18,080 nucleotides of DNA from contig JBHLLO010000062.1 in assembly GCA_048885535.1 (NCBI GenBank), forward strand, positions 1 to 18,080, given 5' to 3'. Both the position numbers and the translations under genes were made by a program. This document shows positions 15,807 through 18,080 of this stretch, in pieces. The notes beneath the pieces were generated by a model. The model ran no database searches, was not told where the DNA came from, and was given only the letters and a program-made list of their open reading frames with translations. Numbering within the stretch: position 1 is the first letter of the stretch; the number at the start of each line of letters is the position of its first letter. The DNA is from Candidatus Hermodarchaeota archaeon. Its GTDB lineage: Archaea > Asgardarchaeota > Lokiarchaeia > Sigyniarchaeales > SOKP01.

Positions 15807-16943
15807 ATGTTTGAAAAACCTGATTTATATGAAATATACGATAACTTAATTAAATTTAAAGAACAGGGCAAAAATATCATTGGAGTTATTCCGCATACAA
15901 TTGTACCTGACGAATTGATTTTTGCTTCAAACTCTATTCCTCTTCATTTTTGCTTAGGAGGGACAGAAGATCAAATGGATACAGGTCATACTTATCTCTC
16001 TCAAACAACTTGTGGGTTTCAGCGCGTAAATTTAGGTATATTTGAAGAGAGAGAAGGTATATCCTATGAAATTTATAATTTAATAGATTTTGTAATAGCA
16101 GGTACCTTTTGTGCTGGTGTTCAAAATACAGGAATGTATCTTGAAAATTATTTTGGAAAAAAGCAATATAGGCTTATAATTCCCTATTGTAATAATAAAA
16201 ATCCCTTCAATTATTTCTTAAAGGAATTATTTCAATTGAAAATATTTCTTGAGAAAAAAAATAATACAAATATAACAAAAGAAAAATTGATTGAATCAAT
16301 TGATATTTATAATAAACTTAAAACTCTTTATCAAGAATTGGATAAATTTAGATATAATGATAAACCTATTATTTCTCTTTATGAAATCCAGAATTTAATT
16401 CATCATCTCTATCTAAATGGTCCTCTTTTAAATTCAGAAGCAGTCAATAAATTTCTTACTTTGATATCTAATAATTCTTTTGTTGAAAAGAAGGGAATTC
16501 GAATATTTTTAACAGGGAATGGTGTACTTTATGAAGATGAATTAGTACCTCTCATCGAAAAATGTGATTGCATTATTGTTGGTGATGACATTTCTACGGG
16601 TTTTGAATTTTATTCCTCATTGGTTCAGGATTTTACTTCGGATCCGTTATTTGCTTTAGCAGAGCGATACTTAAAACGAAATTTATCAGGTAGAATGATC
16701 CCTGAATCATACAGAATCAAAAAAATTATTGAATTAGGCAAGGAAAGAAAAATTAAAGGAATCATTAATAATTGTCTAAAATTTTGTGACTCCTATTCTA
16801 ATACTACTGACATCTTTAGAGACGAAATGAAAAAAAGAGGTATCCCTGTCCTAACTCTTGAACGTGATTTCTCCCAAAATTCCATTGGACAAATAACGAC
16901 GAGGATCGAAGCTTTTTTAGAAATTTTAAGAGGTGAAATTTAA
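15807..16943 (+). CDS. 2-hydroxyacyl-CoA dehydratase / benzoyl-CoA reductase B/C family subunit (HgdB/FldC/BcrC-like)
   Basis: KEQGKNIIG...VPDELIFA...P; cluster Cys in TTCG, TFCAG and KFCD; IRIFLTG, IVGDD..TG, LAERY and GIPVLTLERD....GQITTRIEAFLE. Confidence 0.9.
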   Translation: MFEKPDLYEIYDNLIKFKEQGKNIIGVIPHTIVPDELIFASNSIPLHFCLGGTEDQMDTGHTYLSQTTCGFQRVNLGIFEEREGISYEIYNLIDFVIAGTFCAGVQNTGMYLENYFGKKQYRLIIPYCNNKNPFNYFLKELFQLKIFLEKKNNTNITKEKLIESIDIYNKLKTLYQELDKFRYNDKPIISLYEIQNLIHHLYLNGPLLNSEAVNKFLTLISNNSFVEKKGIRIFLTGNGVLYEDELVPLIEKCDCIIVGDDISTGFEFYSSLVQDFTSDPLFALAERYLKRNLSGRMIPESYRIKKIIELGKERKIKGIINNCLKFCDSYSNTTDIFRDEMKKRGIPVLTLERDFSQNSIGQITTRIEAFLEILRGEI

Positions 16944-16944
16944 A

Positions 16945-18080
16945 ATGATGGTAAATCCAATTCAAGATTTTGCAATGCAATCAATCGCAGATATGGGTGT
17001 GCGATATATTAATGGACTTAACATGGTGAAATCCAGTAGAAAAAAAGGGAAAAAGATAATTGCTGGTTTTATGCCACCTATGGAAATATGTTTTGGTTCA
17101 GAGAAAGCAATACCCTTTTGGTTACCTAGATTCACTGAGTTTCCATTCCCAGGTATGATGCAAGGAATTTCAATAGTAAATAAACTTCATCAGATAACTA
17201 CTGCTGTAAAAGCATGGAACAAATTCCAGAGTTTTCTATCTAAAAGAAAGTCTTCAAATCTATCTGCAAATCTCACTGTTTTTACTAAACCATTCTTAAG
17301 TTTGAATAAGATTTCTGAAGAGGCCAATTACAACCCTGATTCCTGCATACAAATGCGTACCTGTTATGGTGCTTATTTGAAGTACCAACAATATTTTGAT
17401 TTGCTTATGGGGGGGTTTGACGCGAATAATTGTCTTTATTTCGCTAAATTATATGAACGAATCGGTAGAAAGAAACCATTATTTTATTTTCAAAAACCAT
17501 ATGGCGACAAGAACACTCCTCATGCTTTAGAGTTGGTTATCAGAGAATTGGAAGACTTTTTTCGAAAACTAGAAAATATTACAGATGAATCTATCGACTT
17601 TAAAAAAATGAAAGAAAAGATGAAACTTGTAAATAATATTAAAAAGATCGCGGCATTACTTCTAAATCGATATTACAGAAGAGGATATGTTCCACTTCAT
17701 TGGCCAGCAAGCTTACTAATTCATGGTGCATATGTGGATTATTTAAGTGATCTTAAATTTTTTCATGAAAAATTTCGACTGTTAGTCACGGAGATTGAAG
17801 CGAATATAAAAAAGGGAATAATAAGAAACTATAAAAAAGAGAATATTCCAAGGATCTTATTTGTTGGCAGCCCAGGCTTTGATCCTCTACTAGCTCAGGA
17901 AATTGAAAAACAAGGAGGTACATTACTCCTGCTGGATGTTTTCCCAAATGAACTACGCCACCAATTGATCGATTTAACTGGTGATTTCATCTTAAAGTAT
18001 GCTTATTACTTATTAGGAAAAACAAATTTTAAGAGAGGAATAGAGGATTCAATTGAATTTTGGGTGAAACAAGCAAAATT
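16945..18080 (+). CDS. Second, divergent 2-hydroxyacyl-CoA dehydratase-family subunit, partial (>=378 aa, runs off the window)
   Basis: Not in the ORF track. The frame is open from ATG 16945 (GAGGTGA RBS, 1 bp after the previous stop) to the window end: MMVNPIQDF...RKKGKKIIAGFMPPMEICF...PDSCIQMRTCYG...ANNCLYFAKLYE...RELEDFFRKLENIT...PRILFVGSP...IEKQGG. Confidence 0.8.
   Translation, partial: MMVNPIQDFAMQSIADMGVRYINGLNMVKSSRKKGKKIIAGFMPPMEICFGSEKAIPFWLPRFTEFPFPGMMQGISIVNKLHQITTAVKAWNKFQSFLSKRKSSNLSANLTVFTKPFLSLNKISEEANYNPDSCIQMRTCYGAYLKYQQYFDLLMGGFDANNCLYFAKLYERIGRKKPLFYFQKPYGDKNTPHALELVIRELEDFFRKLENITDESIDFKKMKEKMKLVNNIKKIAALLLNRYYRRGYVPLHWPASLLIHGAYVDYLSDLKFFHEKFRLLVTEIEANIKKGIIRNYKKENIPRILFVGSPGFDPLLAQEIEKQGGTLLLLDVFPNELRHQLIDLTGDFILKYAYYLLGKTNFKRGIEDSIEFWVKQAK

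Noticed and set aside
15807-18080. Calling the pair benzoyl-CoA reductase or a double-cubane cluster protein
   Set aside because: No BcrA/D or activator and no aromatic-degradation genes are in view, and the extra Cys pattern expected for a double cubane is not evident. Only family-level assignment is supportable.
1-18080. CRISPR arrays, tRNA/rRNA genes, IS elements, integrases
   Set aside because: Intergenic gaps are short (<300 bp once the microprotein is counted) and AT-rich. I saw no spaced repeats, GC-rich structured RNA, terminal inverted repeats or recombinase ORFs by eye.

Overview
AT-rich prokaryotic window, most likely archaeal. The evidence is TTTATAAA/TTTAAATA TATA boxes with BRE-like elements, apparently leaderless genes, GGTGA-type RBSs and oligo-T terminators. 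Gene content and style suggest an Asgard/Lokiarchaeia-like anaerobe, which is inference only. The left two-thirds holds a dispersed TCA cluster: a partial isocitrate/isopropylmalate dehydrogenase, ATP-citrate lyase aclA/aclB, class II fumarase and a short aconitase. These are interleaved with two SAM methyltransferases, an FGGY kinase and three Cys-rich metal-binding proteins, one of which is a 49-aa zinc-ribbon ORF missing from the ORF track. The right end (12993-18080) is the best candidate for an undescribed system. It is a co-oriented run of a multi-TM left-handed-beta-helix acyltransferase (YvoF/Pls-C-domain-like), a GH3 acyl-adenylate ligase and two divergent 2-hydroxyacyl-CoA dehydratase/benzoyl-CoA-reductase-family subunits; the second subunit is truncated by the window edge and carries a ~50-aa insertion. 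This may be a membrane lipid or acyl-amide tailoring pathway. No rRNA, tRNA, CRISPR array or mobile element was seen. All family assignments come from motif recognition, not database searches.
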